Of a stretch of 64,000 bases of DNA, positions 1 through 13,460 are shown piece after piece. Within the stretch, counting starts at the first letter, position 1; every line of letters begins with the position of its first letter. The DNA comes from Mobula hypostoma (taxonomy: Eukaryota). Made by a program: the position numbers and the translations under genes. Under the pieces are notes generated by a model that was not told where the DNA came from, did no database searches, and saw nothing but the letters and a program-made list of their open reading frames with translations. Location: positions 113,400,001 to 113,464,000 of the forward strand of contig NC_086108.1 in the NCBI RefSeq assembly GCF_963921235.1, in the 5' to 3' direction.

Positions 1-2508
1 ACAGAACAGGAACACAGAACAGTACAGAACAGGAACATGGAACTGTACAGAATCAGAACACAGAACAGTACGGAACGGGAACACGGAACAGTACAGAATA
101 GGAACACAGTACAGTACAGAACAGGAGCACAGAACGGTACAGAACAGGAACAGAGAACAGTACAGAGCAGGAATACTGAACAGTAATAGAACCGGAACAC
201 AGAACAGGAACATAGAAGAGTACAGGATAGGAACACAGAACAGTACAGAACAGGAATACAGAACAGTACAGAACAGGAACACAGAGCAGTACAGAACAGG
301 AAAACGGAACAGTACAGAACAGCAACAGCGAACAGTACAGTAGAGGAACACAGAACAGTACTGACCAGGAACACAGAACAGTACAGAAGAGGAACGTAGA
401 ACAGTACTGAACAGGAATATAGAACAGTACAGAACGGGAACATAGAACAGTACAGAATGGGAACATGGAACAGTACAAAACAGGAACACGGAACAGTACA
501 GAACGGGCACATGGAACAGTACAGAACGGGAACAGAGGGCAGTACAGAACAGCAACACAAAACAGTACAGAACAGCAACACAGGACAGTACAGAACAGGA
601 ACACGGATGAGTTCAGAACAGGAACAGAGAACAGTACAGAACAGGAAAAGGGAACAGTACAGAACCGGAACGCGGAACATTACAGTACAGGAACTTGGAA
701 CAGTACAGAACAGGTTCACAGAACAGTACAGAACAGGAACACGGAACATTACAGAACAGGAATACGGAACAGTACATAACAGGAACTAGGAACACTACAG
801 AACAGAAACACAGAACAGTACAGAACAGGATTGTAGAACAGTACAGAACAGGATCATAGAGCAGTACAACACAGTAACACAGAACAGCAGACAAGATGAA
901 TATAGAACAGTGCAGAACAGTACAGAACAGGACCACAGAACAGTACAGAACAGAAACACGGAACAGTACAGAACAGAAACACGGAACAGTACAGAACAGG
1001 AACATAGAACAGTACAGAACAGGAACACAGAACTAGAACACGGAACAGTACAGAACAGGAACATAGAACGGTACAGAACAGGAACATACAAAAGTACAGA
1101 AAAGGAGCACAGAACAGTACAGAACAGGAACACAGAACAGTACAGAACAGGAACACGGAACGATACAGAACAGGAACATAGAACAGTACAACAAAGGAAC
1201 ACAGAACAGTACAGAACAGGAACATAGAACAGCAGAGAACAGGAATATAGAACACTTCAGAACAGGAACACAGAACTGTACAGAACAGTACAGACGAGGA
1301 ACACGGAACAGTGCAGAACAGGAACACAGATGAGTACAGAACAGGAATACAGAACAGTACAGAACAGGAACATGGAATAGTAAAGAACAGGAACAGCAAA
1401 CAGTACAGAGGAGGAACACAGAACAGTATAGAACAGGAACATAGAAAAGTACAGAAAAGGAACATAGAACAGTACAGAACAGGAACACAGAACGGTACAG
1501 AACAGGAACACAGAATAGGAACATGGCACAGTACCGAACAGGAACACAGAACAGTACAGAACAGGAACATGGAACAGTACAGAACAAGAACAGTAAACAG
1601 TACAGAGGAAGAACACAGAACAGTACAGAACAGGAACACGGAACGATACAGAACAGGAACATAGAACAGTACAACAAAGGAACACAGAACAATACAGAAC
1701 AGGAACATAGAACAGCAGAGAACAGGAATATAGAACACTTCAGAACAGGAACACAGAACTGTACAGAACAGTACAGACGAGGAACACGGAACAGTACAGA
1801 AGAGGAACACAGATGAGTACAGAACAGGAATACAGAACAGTACAGAACAGGAACATGGAACAGTAAAGAACAGGAACAGCAAACAGTACAGAGGAGGAAC
1901 ACAGAACAGTATAGAACAGGAACATAGAAAAGTACAGAAAAGGAACATAGAACAGTACAGAACAGGAACACAGAACGGTACAGAACAGGAACACAGAATA
2001 GGAACATGGCACAGTACCGAACAGGAACACAGAACAGTACAGAACAGGAACATGGAACAGTACAGAACAGGAACAGTAAACAGTACAGAGGAAGAACACA
2101 GAACAGTACAGAACAGGAACACAGAACAGTACAGAACAGGAACATAGAAAAGTACAGAAAAAGAACATAGAACAGTACAGAACAGGAACATGGAACAGTA
2201 CAGAACAGGAACGTGGAACGGTACAGAACAGGAACGTGGAACGGTACAGAACAGGAACGTGGAACGGTACAGAATCGGAACACAGAACAGTACGGAATGG
2301 GAACATAGAACAGTACAGAACAGGAACATAGAGGAGTACAGAACAGGAACATAGAGGGGTACAACACAGGAACACAGAAAAGTACAGAACAGGAACATAG
2401 AACAGCAGAGAGCAGGAACACAGAACAGCACAGAACAGGAACACAGAACAGGAACACGGAACAGTACACAACAGGAACACAGAACAGGAACATGAAAACA
2501 GGAACAGG
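1..2508. repeat. 23-bp satellite (consensus ACAGAACAGGAACACAGAACAGT) with an internal 483-bp higher-order duplication
   Basis: The unit is read directly from the sequence, and the spurious ORFs show 23-aa periodicity. Diagnostic variants such as GAACACTTCAG and GGAACGATAC recur 483 bp (21 units) apart. Confidence 0.95.
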
Positions 2509-2509
2509 A

Positions 2510-3070
2510 AAAGCCTCAACGTCCTTTCTATAATAGTGCAACCAGAACTGTATGCAATAATCTTGATGCAGCCAAACTAGATCTTTATAAAGTTGCTGCA
2601 GAATTTCCTGACTTTTGAACTCATTGCCTAGACTGATAAAGGCAAACATGTCATCTGCTTTCTTAACCACCCTATCAACTTGTGTCGCCACTTTCACAGG
2701 CAATGACCTTGGACCTCAGGACCCCTCTGCTCATCAACACTTTCAATAACCGTATGTTGTCTCTTTATATCTTTCAAGGTGCAACGCTTCACACTTGTCT
2801 GGGTCAAACTGCATCTCCGCCCTTATCTGCAACTAGTCTATATCCCACTGTATTCTTTGCCAGTCTTTGCACCATCTACAACTCCACCAATTTTCTTATC
2901 ATTTGCAAACATACTAACCTACCCATCTGCATTTTCATCCAGGTCAGTTATATCCATCACAAACAGCAGTGGTCCCAGCACAGATCCCTGTGGAACTCCA
3001 CGAATCACAGACTTCCAGCTAGAAGTCGTCCCATTGACCATTAACCTCTGAGTACTATGGGCAAGCTAGC
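2510..3070 (-). mobile_element. CR1-type LINE ORF2 (RT) fragment, degraded
   Basis: Minus-strand translation gives GVPQGSVLGPLLF-like and VDRVVKKA..AFI..YCIQFW..YRKDVEA motifs shared with the other CR1 copies in the window. Confidence 0.85.
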
Positions 3071-3226
3071 TTTGTTCATGGAAAGGGAATAGGAAATGGA
3101 AGGGCATTGGTGTGGGGTGGAGGGGGGAGATTTAAGAGGGTACCTGAGTGGCAGCCTCTTCATATAGAGTGGTGGGTATGAGCTGCCAGAGAACTTGGTT
3201 GAAGCTGGTGTAATAACAGTATTTAG

Positions 3227-4512
3227 GTTGAGGCTTTTCATTCCAGAACTAAGGAGATGTCCTCCTTCTTCAAAGACAGAGGCTTCCATTCCCCCACCAT
3301 CAATGCTGCCCTCAACCACATCTCTTCCATTTCACTCATGTCTGTCCTCACCCCATCCTCCTGCCACACTACCAGGGATACAGTTACTCTTGTCCTCACC
3401 TACCACCCCACCGGCCTCCATATCCAGCACATAATTCTCCGTAACATCCACCATCTCCAACGGGATCCCACCACCAAGCACATCGTTCCCTCCTCCCTCC
3501 CTTCTGTTTTCTACAGGGATCCCTTGTCCATTCGTCCCTCCCCACTGATCTCCCTCCTGGCACTTATCCTTGTGAGCGGAACAAGTGCTTCACCTGCCCC
3601 TACACCTCCTTCCTCACTACCATTCAGGGCCCCAGACGGTCCTTTCAGGTGAGGAGACACTTCAGCTGTGAGTCTATTGGGGTCATCTAGCTTCTTGATT
3701 AGCTAGGGCATCAAAGGATATGGGGTGCAAGCAGGGGAGTGGGGATGACTGGATGAAGTGGAACAGCCCATGATTGAATGGCGGAGCAGGCTTGATGAAC
3801 CGAATGGCCTAATTCTGCTCCTATATCTTATGGTCTTATGATCTACTGTATCCAGTGCTCAGATGTGGCCTCCTGTATATCGGTGAGACCCAATGTAGAT
3901 TGGGAGACCACTTCACCGAGCACCTTAGCTCTGTCTGCCAGAAAAATGGGATCTCATTTTAATTCCACTTCTCATTCCCATTCTGACATGTCAGACCATG
4001 GCCTCCTCCACTGTCGTGATAAGGCCACACTAAGGTTGGAGGAACAACACCTTATATTCCATTGGGTAGCCTCCAACATGATGGCATGAGCATCAATCTC
4101 TTGAACCTGGTAATTATCCTCCACTCATTCGCCATTCCTCATTCCCTTTTCCCTCTCTCACCTTATCTCCTTGCCTGCCCATCACCTCCCTCTGGTGCTC
4201 CTCCCCCTTTTCTTTCTTCCATGGCCTTCTGTCCCCTCTTATTAGACTCTCCCCTTCTCCAGCCATGTATCTCTTTCACCAATCAACTTCCCAGTTCTCT
4301 GCTTCATCATCCCTCCTCCCCATTGTGTTTCTCCTTCCCGCCCCTCCCCCACTTTCTTACTCTGACTTCTCTTCGTTTTTCCTCCAGTCCTGATGAAGGG
4401 TTTCAGTCCGATACATCGACTGTACTCTTTTCCATAGATGCTGCCTGGCCTGCTGAGTTCCTCCAGCATTTTGTGTGTGTTGCTCGGATTTCCAACATCT
4501 GCAGATTTTCTC
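3227..4512 (+). mobile_element. Penelope-like element, 5'-truncated and degraded (RT thumb/GIY-YIG region, 3' UTR and terminal repeat)
   Basis: MSSFFKDRGF..LVLTYHP..IILRN and HFNSTSHSHSDMS..RLEEQHLIF match the 15.5-16.8 kb copy. It ends in the terminal repeat, which has a degenerate hammerhead motif (~4385-4422). Confidence 0.9.
3690..3840 (+). mobile_element. CR1 3'-end fragment nested in the Penelope copy
   Basis: Has the CR1 3' UTR and tail (..CTTATGGTCTTATG). It is flanked by ATCTA at 3685-3689 and 3841-3845, and the Penelope sequence resumes afterwards. Confidence 0.8.
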
Positions 4513-5438
4513 TTGAATTGAATTGAATTGACTTTATTTCTTACATCCTTCATATACAGGAGAAATAAAAATCTTTACGTTACGTGTCCATCTAAATGTG
4601 CAATATGCAATTTATAGTTATTTATAATAAATAGTATGTACAACAGGACAGTCAATATAACATAGAAATACATTTGTGTCAGCTTGAATTAATCAGTCTG
4701 ATGGTCTGGTGGAAGAAGCTGTCCCGGAGCCTGTTGGTCCTGGCTTTTATGCTGCGGTACTGTTTCCCAGATGGTAGCAGCTGGAACAGTTTGTGGTTGG
4801 GGTGACTCAGGTCCCCAATGATCCTTCGGGCCCTTTTTACACACCTGTCTTTGTAAATGTCCTGAATAGTGGGAAGTTCACACCTACAGATGTGCTGGGC
4901 TATCCACACCACTCTCTGTGATTGAGAGAAGTACAGTTCCCATACCAAACAGTGATGCAGCCAGTCAGGATGCTCTCAGTTGTGCCCCTATAGAAAGTTC
5001 TTAGAATATAGGGGCCCATACCAAACTTCTTCAACCGTCTGAGGTGAAAGAGGCGCTGTTGTGCCTTTTTCACCACACAGCCAGTATGTACAGACCATGT
5101 GAGATCCTCGGTGATGTTAATGCCGAAGAACTTAAAGCTGTTTACCCTCTCAACCCCAGATCCATTGATGTCAATAGGGGTTAGCCTGTCTCCATTCCTC
5201 CTGTAATCCACAACCAGCTCCTTTGTTTTTGCGACATTGAGGGAGAGATTGTTTTCTTGACACAACTGTGTCAGGGTGATGACTTCTTCTCTGTAGGCTG
5301 CCTCATTATTATTTGAGATTAGGTCAATCAGTTTAGTGTTGTCAGCAAATTTAATTCACAGATTGGAGCTGTGGGTGGCGACACAGTCACGGGTATACAC
5401 AGAGTAAAGGAGGGGGTTTAGTACACAGCCCTCAGGCG
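4513..5438 (-). mobile_element. Rex1/Babar-type LINE 3' portion (RT C-terminus, DUF1891-like region)
   Basis: NNLSLNVAKTKELVVDYRR..FKFFGINITEDLTW..KKAQQRLFHLRRLKKFG..ESILTGCITVWYG and LLPSGKQYRSI..RLRDSFF. On the minus strand AATAAA is followed by a (TCAAT)n tail. Confidence 0.85.
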
Positions 5439-5782
5439 TTGTAGTAAGTGTTTAATATTCATATGAACAATTACATGAATAGGAAAGGTTTAGATCAGGG
5501 TTTCCCAACCTATTTCATGCCATGAACCCCAAATCATTAACCTAGGGAATCCCTGGATTAGGGGGATATGGGCTGAACGTGGGCAAACGGGATGGAGTTA
5601 TGATCAGCATGTATTAGTTGGACCAAAGGGCTTGCTTCCATACTGTATAACTCTGCAACTCTCTTTAAAGAAGTCATTTAAATCTACTTCCATCCTGAGA
5701 ACTACAGCTGTACATACAGCTTAGGGCAGCAAGGACACTTTCCAGCGTCAGCTCTAAGATTGTAGTTTGATTCCTGCTGCTG

Positions 5783-6102
5783 TTAGTAAGGAGTTTGTAC
5801 ATTAGTAAGGAGTTTGTACATTAGTAAGTTGGTACATTAGTAAGGAGTTGGTACATTAGTAAGAAGTTTGTACATTAGTAAGGAGTTGGTACATTAGTAA
5901 GGAGTTGGTACATCAGTAAGAAGTTGGTACATCAGTAAGGAGTTGGTACATTAGTAAGGAGTTGGTACATTAGTAAGAAGTTGGTACATTAGTAAGGAGT
6001 TTGTACATTAGTAAGGAGTTGGTACATTAGTAAGGAGTTGGTACATTAGTAAGGAGTTTGTACATTAGTAAGGAGTTGGTACATTAGTAAAGAATTTGTA
6101 CA
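5783..6102. repeat. 19-bp minisatellite (TTAGTAAGGAGTTKGTACA x ~17) inside a V-SINE-like element
   Basis: Tandem units are read directly. The flanks continue the SINE core (..GTAAGGAGTTTGTACATTCTC..GGGTTTCCTCC). Confidence 0.9.
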
Positions 6103-6499
6103 TTCTCTCCATGGCTCCATGGGTTTCCTCCTACAGTCCAAAGACGTACCGGTTCTGGTTAGTAAGTTGTGACAACATTTGCGGGCTACCCCAGGAACAT
6201 CCTCAGATTGTGTTGTCATTAACACAAATGATGCATTTAGAAGTTCAAGGTAAATTTATTCTCGAAGTATGTATATGCCATCATGTCCTACCTTGAGATC
6301 CAATTTTTGTGGGCATTCACAGTAGACACAAAGAAATACAATGGAATCAGTGAAAACCTATCCACAAAGACAGACAAACAACCAATGTGCAAAAGAAGAC
6401 AAACTGTAAATCAATAAATAGCTTAATAAATAAAAGTAACATGATTTGTAGAGTACTTGAAAGTGAGTCTGTAGGTTGTGCAATCAGATCAGAGTTGAG

Positions 6500-7190
6500 A
6501 TTGAGGGTGAGGTTGGATCAGCGGTAAGGAAAGCGAATGCAATGTTGGCATTCATTTCAAGAGGAATAGTGTATAAGAGTAAGGAGGTGTTGATGAGGCT
6601 CTATGGGGCACTGGTGAGACCTCATTTGGAATACTGTGTGCAGTTTTGGGCCTCCTATCTTAGAAAGGATATACTGATGTTGGAGAGAGTTCAGAGAAGA
6701 TTTACGTGGATGATTCCTGGAATGCAGGGGCTAACATATGAGGAGCGTTTGTTGGCTCTTGGACTGTATTCATTAGAAGATAGAAGAATGAGAGGGGATC
6801 TCATAGAAACATTTCAAATGTTGAAAGGGTTGGACAGAGTAGATGTGGAAAGGCTGCTTCCCTTGGTGGGTGAGTCCAGGACAAGAGGCCACAGTCTTAG
6901 AATTAGAGGGTACCCATTTAAAACAGAGATGAGGAGAAATTTTTATAGCCAGAGGGTCATGGAGTTATGGAATTCATTGCCACGTACAGCTGTGGAGGCC
7001 TGATCATTGAGGGTGTTTAAAGAGGAGATTGATTGGTATCTAATTAGTCAGGTATCAAGGGATATGGGGAAAAAGCTGGAAATTGGAACTAGGTGGGAGA
7101 GTAGTTTAGCTCATGGTGGAGTGGTGGAGCAGACTCGATAGGCTGAATGGCCTACTTCTGCTCCTTTGTCTTGTGATCTTGCAATCTTGT
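6500..7190 (+). mobile_element. CR1 LINE 3' fragment
   Basis: ORF 6476-7003 contains LVRPHLEYCVQFW..LERVQRRFT..RMRGDLIE..RTRGHSL, followed by the CR1 3' UTR. Confidence 0.9.
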
Positions 7191-7228
7191 GAAGTTATCC
7201 TTGCCGGTTCAGGAGCCTGATCGATGAT

Positions 7229-7550
7229 GGGTAATAACTTTTTCTGAACTTGGTGGTGTATGTCCTGAGGCTCCTGAACCTTCTTCCTGATGGAAGAGGG
7301 GTAATATCTGTTCCAGAACCTAGTGGTGTGGGTCTTGAAGCTCCTCAACCTCCTTCCAAATGATAGGGGGGTAATATCTGTTCCTGAACCCGGTGATGCG
7401 GGGCCTGAGGCTCCTGTATCTCCTTCCCGAAGGAAGAGGGGCATTAACTATTCCTGAACCTGGTGCTGTGGGTTCTGAGGTTCCTACAGCTCCTTCCCGA
7501 TGGAAGAGGGGTAATATCTGTTCCTGAACCTGGTAGTGTGGGGCCTGAGG
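7229..7550 (-). repeat. 70-bp tandem repeat (~4.6 copies) derived from the 3' end of a Rex1 ORF
   Basis: Unit starts recur at 7231, 7301, 7371, 7441 and 7511. Minus-strand translations resemble LPSGRRYRSL..TRFRN.YYP. Confidence 0.8.
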
Positions 7551-8129
7551 TCTTTCACTATACATGTCAGAAATAAAGCTAACCTCCTTCAATCTTTAAG
7601 CAGTGTGAAGATCATGTTGACTTGATGCTGAGGAGCAAGAAGTTGCAGACAGGTCACAGCTGGTTTATCTGTGTTAATAATCATCACTCCCATGCCTGTC
7701 TGTGCCCCTGGGGGCAGGCGCCCAAGTCAGATGTTCCTGCAAACGTTCCAATTGCTCTGTAATCTATCAAGGTTGGTCACATGAGTCACATTGATTACAG
7801 GATGAGCTGAACGCATGTCAGAACAGCTACTTCACCAGCAGGGCCACACTCAGCTACGGCAGCCACACGTTTACCACCACCTGAACCACAGTAAGGGCAG
7901 GTAGCTGCTTCCCAAAGTTGCCCTCATAAAATTCAGCACCCCACCTCTTTTACAACCTCACCACGAGGAGTGAAGGTGCTGAAACTATCTGTGAATTCCA
8001 GTGAAACACTGCAGCTGTATAAAACTTGCATCAGGCCACATTTGGAGTATTGTGTGTAGATCAGGTCAGCCTATTACAGGAAAGACGACAACACAAAAAC
8101 AGGCTCTTTAACTATGCCAAACTGTTATT

Positions 8130-8700
8130 CAGTCTTATCCCATCATTCCTCAACTGGACCATAGCCCTCGATAGCACACCCATCCAACCTTCTCTTAAAT
8201 GTAGCAATTGAACACACATCCCCACTTCCACTGGAAGCTCGCTCCACACTCTCACCTCCCTCTGAGTGAATACCTTCCCCATCAAGTTCTCCTTAAATTT
8301 TCCACCTTTCAAACTTAATCTATACCCTCCAGTTCTGATCTCACCCAATCTCAGCAGAAAATACCTGCTTGCATTTACCCTATCCATGCCCTCATAATTT
8401 TGTGCAATTCTGTCAAATCTCTGCTCATTCTCCGACACTCCAGGGAATAAAATCCTAACCTGTTCAACCTTTCCCTATAACTCAGCTCCTCAAATCTCAG
8501 CAACATCCTTGTCAATCTTCTCTGCACTCTTTCAATCTTATTGATATCTTTCCTGTAGGTAGGTGACCAGAACAGCACATAATACTCCAGATTAGGCCTC
8601 ACCAGATGTCTATATCTCGATGCAGAATCACAATATTCTCCCACAACATGCTCCTCACCTATTTTCATATCACTGTCAAACTTAGAAACTTTGCATTTCG
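8130..8700 (-). mobile_element. CR1 LINE fragment
   Basis: LVRPNLEYYVLFWSPTYRKDINKIERVQRRLTRML..LGFYSLECRRM. Confidence 0.85.
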
Positions 8701-9302
8701 TTCCCTCCTTCAGATCATTCCCATCCTCAGCCCACCCCCCGCCCCCAGATTCCACCTCTCACTCACACACTGCAGACAATTTACGGTGGCTAATGAACCC
8801 ACCAACCCGCATGTCTTTGGGAAGTGGGAGGGAACCAGGGCACCCACACAGTCACAAGGAGAACGTGATAACTTCACACAGACAGCAGCAGAGGCCAGGA
8901 TCAAACCTGGGTGTCTGGAGCTGTGATGCAGTAAACCTACCCATTGCGGCCCCTCTGTTTACAGACATAAACAGATGTTCAGCCCAAACGTGACCATGCA
9001 AGATGTACTGTATATTCAAGCTAACCCTATATCCCGGCATTTGGCCCATATCTCTCCTTGGTTGGTGCAACTGTAACGAAAACCAATTTCCCTCGGGATC
9101 AATAAAGTATGACTATGACTACGATTATGGTGCTTGGCCCATATCTCTCTGAACTCTTAACAAACACACTTATCATCATCACCACTTCAATGTTGCCATT
9201 GGACCTACCTCAACCATTTCTTCCGGCGGCTGGTCCCATATGTCCATCACTTATTGTGTAAGAAGGTTTCCCTTTGGGATCTTATTGAGCTTTCACCTCT
9301 AA

Positions 9303-10792
9303 CGGAAGGGAGTGAGGCAGCAGAAAGGAAATTATAGGCCAGTTAGCCCAACTTCAGTGGTTGGGAAGACGTTGGGGTCCATTATTCGGGGGTATTCGGA
9401 GGCACATGAAAAAATAGGCCAAATTCAGCATGGTTTCCTTAAGGTGAAATCTTACCCGACAAATCTGTTAGAATTCTTTGAGGAAATAACAAGCAGGATA
9501 GACAAAGGAGAGTCAATGAATGTTGTTTACATGGATTTTCCCAAAGCCTTTGACAAGGTGCCACTCATGAGATAAGAGCCCATGGCATTACAGGAAAAAT
9601 ACAAGCACGGATGGAAGATTGGCTGACTGACAGGAGGCAAAGAAAGGGAATAAAGGGGACCTTTTCTTCTTGGCTGCTGGTGGCTAGTGGTAATGCACAG
9701 GGGTTGGTATTAGGACAGCTTCTTTTCACATTATGCGTCAATGACAGAATTAATAGCTTTGTGGCCACGTTTGCAGACGATACAAAGACAGCTAGCGGGG
9801 CAGTTAGTGTTGATGAAGGAAAGAGTCTGCAGAAGAATGAGAATGGGTAAAGAAGTGGCAGATGGAATACAATGTAGGGAAGTGTATAGTCATGCACTAT
9901 GAGGTAGAAGGAATAAAGGCATAGACTATTTTCTAAACAGGGCGAAAATTAAAAAATCCAAGGTGCAAAGGGACTTGTGTGTCCTCATGCAGGATTCCCT
10001 AAAGGCTAACTTGCAGGTTGAGTCAGTGGTGAGGAAGGCAAATGTGACTTTAGCATTTATTTTGAGAGGACTAGAATATAAAAGCAAGGATGTGACGCTG
10101 AAGGTTTATAATGGTTTTATAATGAAGTTTTATAAAGGTTACGAGTAGAAGGCGGGGAACTGGGATTGAGGAGGAGATAAAAAAAAAGGATCAGCCATGA
10201 TTGAGTAACGGAACAAACTCCATAAGCCAGATGGCCTAATTCTGCTCCTATGTCTAATGGTCTTATAATGTCAGACCACACTTGGAGTATTGTGAGCAGT
10301 TTTGGGCCTATATCTAAGAAAAGATGTGCTTGCATTGGAGAGGGGCCAAAGAAGGATCACGGAAATTAGCCCAGGAATGAAAGGGTTAACACATAAGGAG
10401 TATTTGATGGCTCTGGACCTGTACTCATGGAAACCTATTGAATACTGAAAGGCCTAGATAGAGTGGATGTGGAGAGGACGTTTCCAATAGTGGGGGAGTC
10501 TAGGACCAGTGGGCACAGCCTCAGAATAGAGGGATGTGCCTTTAGAACAGAGATGAGGAGGAAATTTTTTAGCCAGAGAGTGGTGAATCTGTGGAATTCA
10601 TTACCACAGATGGATGTGGACGTCAAGTCAATGGGTATATTTAAAGTGGAGGTTGATAAGTTCTTGTTTAGTCAGGGTGGCAAAGGTTATGGGGAGAAAG
10701 CAGGAGAGTGGGGATTAGAGACAGATAAATCAGCCATGATGGAGTGGCAGAACAGACTCAGTGGGCGGAGTAGCCTAATTCTGCTCCTATGA
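9303..10792 (+). mobile_element. CR1 LINE RT region to 3' end, degraded, with a nested CR1 tail at ~10140-10265
   Basis: NYRPVSPTSVVGK, QHGF, DFPKAFDKVP, FADDTK and GHSLRIEG motifs occur in successive frames. Confidence 0.9.
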
Positions 10793-11949
10793 CTTTTGCT
10801 CTAAGCTTAAAACTATGATTTACAGTTTACTATTCCCTAACCCTGAAGCTATCCACCCTATTGTCATCGGCAAGGCCACTCCCCGGTCTCTCTGACTGTA
10901 TGGATTTCCTCGGGCTGCTCTCGCTTCCCCGCACATTCTGCAGACATAAGAGTTGTGGTTGGAAAGTCGTGTGCATGTTGTGGCACTGGAAGCGTGGCCA
11001 CACTCGTGGCTCCTCCAGCATATCCTCACATTGCAATTGTGTTGGTCATCGACACCAATGCCACATCTCACTGTATGTTTCAATGTACATGCGAAAAATA
11101 AAGCTTTTTTTTTCTTTTCTCCTTTCAAAAAATAAAGCTAATTTTTTTCTTTTCTCCTTTCCAAGGCCCAGTCTGTCTTACCTTTCCCCATAAGTTCAAG
11201 TTTAATTGTCATTCAACCATACACAAGAATACAGCCAAACAAAACAGTGATCCTGCAGGGCCAAGATGCAAAACACGGTACCAACAGTCACCCACTGCAT
11301 ACAGCACATAGTCTTCTTTTGTTCGTTATGTGTCGTGCCGTACGACGTGGGTGATCATGGTCTTTCCATGACCATCATTGTTCGACAGAAATGGTTAGCC
11401 ATTGCCCTCTTCTGCACCTGTCTTTACAGGACGGGTGACCCCAGCTATTATCAATACTCTTTAGAGACTGTCTGCCTGGCTTGAGTAGTTGCATAACCGG
11501 ATCTTGTGATCTGCGCCGGCTGCTCTCACGACCATCCACCATCTGCTCCCATGGCTTCACACGACCCTGATCAGGGGGGCGAAACATCTTGCCCAAGGTG
11601 ACCTGCAGGCCAGTGGAGACCTCCTTTGGCAGAGACATATCTCCAGCCTCCCACCCAATAGCACACATAATTACAAATTACAATACCAGTAAACATACAA
11701 TCACACAAGAACATAAATAACATAGTCCAAGTTCCTGAATGTCACGTCCCGCAGATTAATGGCATATGGATGTTGTCCTGGGGCCAGCCACAGTTCTGCA
11801 CGAAAAAACCCACAGCACTTCCTCATCTTCTACCACAATCATTCCATCAAATCCTGACAACAGTCTTGTTCTGTTTTAAATAATTCTGAATTTTTCCTGT
11901 AATTGAGCACGTTAAAAGTTTCCTTCCACGTAGTACATTATTAGCCTTG

Positions 11950-12390
11950 TTCTGGATTTGGACTCAGCAGCACAGACACCTTGGCCTGTGGTACGCCTTT
12001 CGTAAGGCGCTCAGTTGGTTGGGGTTGACCATGTACACCGCATCCTAATTGTCTACATGACACACAACCCTGGACAGAGTGATCTGGAGAGGAAGCTGTT
12101 ACCCATGCAACAGGCTCCTCCTTCTCCATGCAACTCAAAGGAACGTGAGAGACCAATACAGCTTGACACCAGTGGCACCAAAGGAGTTGCCAGTCAGCAC
12201 TGAACTCAACGTAGCACTGCCTCAGGAACTCCGGCTCCAGATTTTCCCTCGGACTTTACTCCTGAAGCCTTCCCCATGACTGGGTATAGCCGCAAGGCAG
12301 CGGAGGTTTGGGATCAGTTTTCTTTCTCCGAGATGAGCTGCCAACCACGGCTGATGAGCCCCCGTCCGCCCGGATCATCTGTCTTTAAGA
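11950..12390 (-). mobile_element. Non-coding repeat resembling RTE-clade LINE 5' UTR sequence
   Basis: The minus strand reads CTCATCAGCCGTGGTTGGCAGCTCATCTCGGAGAAAGAGAAAACT. A related motif lies on the plus strand at ~25250-25300. The family assignment is from recall of the motif only. Confidence 0.4.
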
Positions 12391-12959
12391 CACCTTTAAC
12401 AAGTAGTGTGAAATCAAATCCTTATCTCTCGAACCAACCGATAAAACACTGATCAGTAGATCACAGGGAGAAGGCAGGCGAATGCAGTTGAGGAAGATAG
12501 TAAATCAGCCATGATGGAAAGGCGGAGCAGTTTTGATGAGCCGAGTGGCCTAATTCAGCTCCTATGTCTCGTAGTTTTACAACTTAGCCTTCACTATGAC
12601 CACTTTAATCACCTTGCAATCGACGGATAAAAATTGCATGTAATTTTATATTTGAGAATGCTGCTCATTCTTGGCGGCAAGACCAGACATGGCCTGGGGG
12701 CGAGACTACATTCTCAGCACCAGCTTTAAGGATCACTGGCCATAACCTTTCCCAATAAAATCTTACAAATTCTGGAATTTAATTGCACCCAACACACCAC
12801 CCCACACCTGTGTGGAGAGATAATCCCAAGGCTCCCTGCCTCCCGCAGCCTCAGATTGTTCATTGTGGAGGTCGTTAGTGCCCCCAACATGCGGATGTTG
12901 CCCAAGAGGAGAGTGAGGGAGACACAGGACACTGAAACTAGAATCTGCGGTCACAGAAA

Positions 12960-13460
12960 TCAAACACAGGAGATTCTGAAATCCAGAGCAACACACACAA
13001 AACACTGGAGGAACTCGGCAGGTCAGGCAGCATCTATGGAGGGGAATAAACAGTCAACATTTTGGACCAAGGCCCTTCTTCAGGACTGGAAAGGAAGAGG
13101 GAGGAATCCAGAATAAGAAGGTGGGAGAGGGGAGGAGAACAAGCTGGCAGGTGATAGGTGAGGCCAGGTGAGCAGGGAAGGTGAGTGTGGGTTGAGGAGG
13201 GTGGATGAAGTGAGAAACTGGGAGGTGATAGGTGGAAAAGGTAAAGGGCTGGCGAGAGAATCCAATGGGAGAGGAAAGTGGACCATGGGAAGAGAGGGAA
13301 GAAGGAGAGGCACAAGAGGGAGTTGATAGGCAGATGAAGAGAAGAGAAGGGGTAAGAGGGGATCCAGAATGGCAATGGGAAAAAGAGAGAAGGGGGAGAC
13401 GGCAGTGAGAAATTATCAGAGGCTGGTAAAATAGATACTCATGCCTTCAAATTGAATGGA
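12960..13460 (-). mobile_element. Penelope-like 3' UTR and terminal repeat remnant
   Basis: Same terminal repeat (GCAGCATCTATGGA..CAGTCAAC..CCCTTCTTCAGGACTG) and purine-rich UTR as in the other copies. Confidence 0.8.

Noticed and set aside
53..2703. Long Cys-rich or Gln/Thr-rich ORFs (up to 556 aa)
   Set aside because: They are translations of the 23-bp satellite, open in multiple frames on both strands.
5783..6102. CRISPR-like appearance of short regular repeats (also 7229-7550 and 19935-22185)
   Set aside because: These are head-to-tail tandem units with no unique spacers, no cas genes, and a eukaryotic context.
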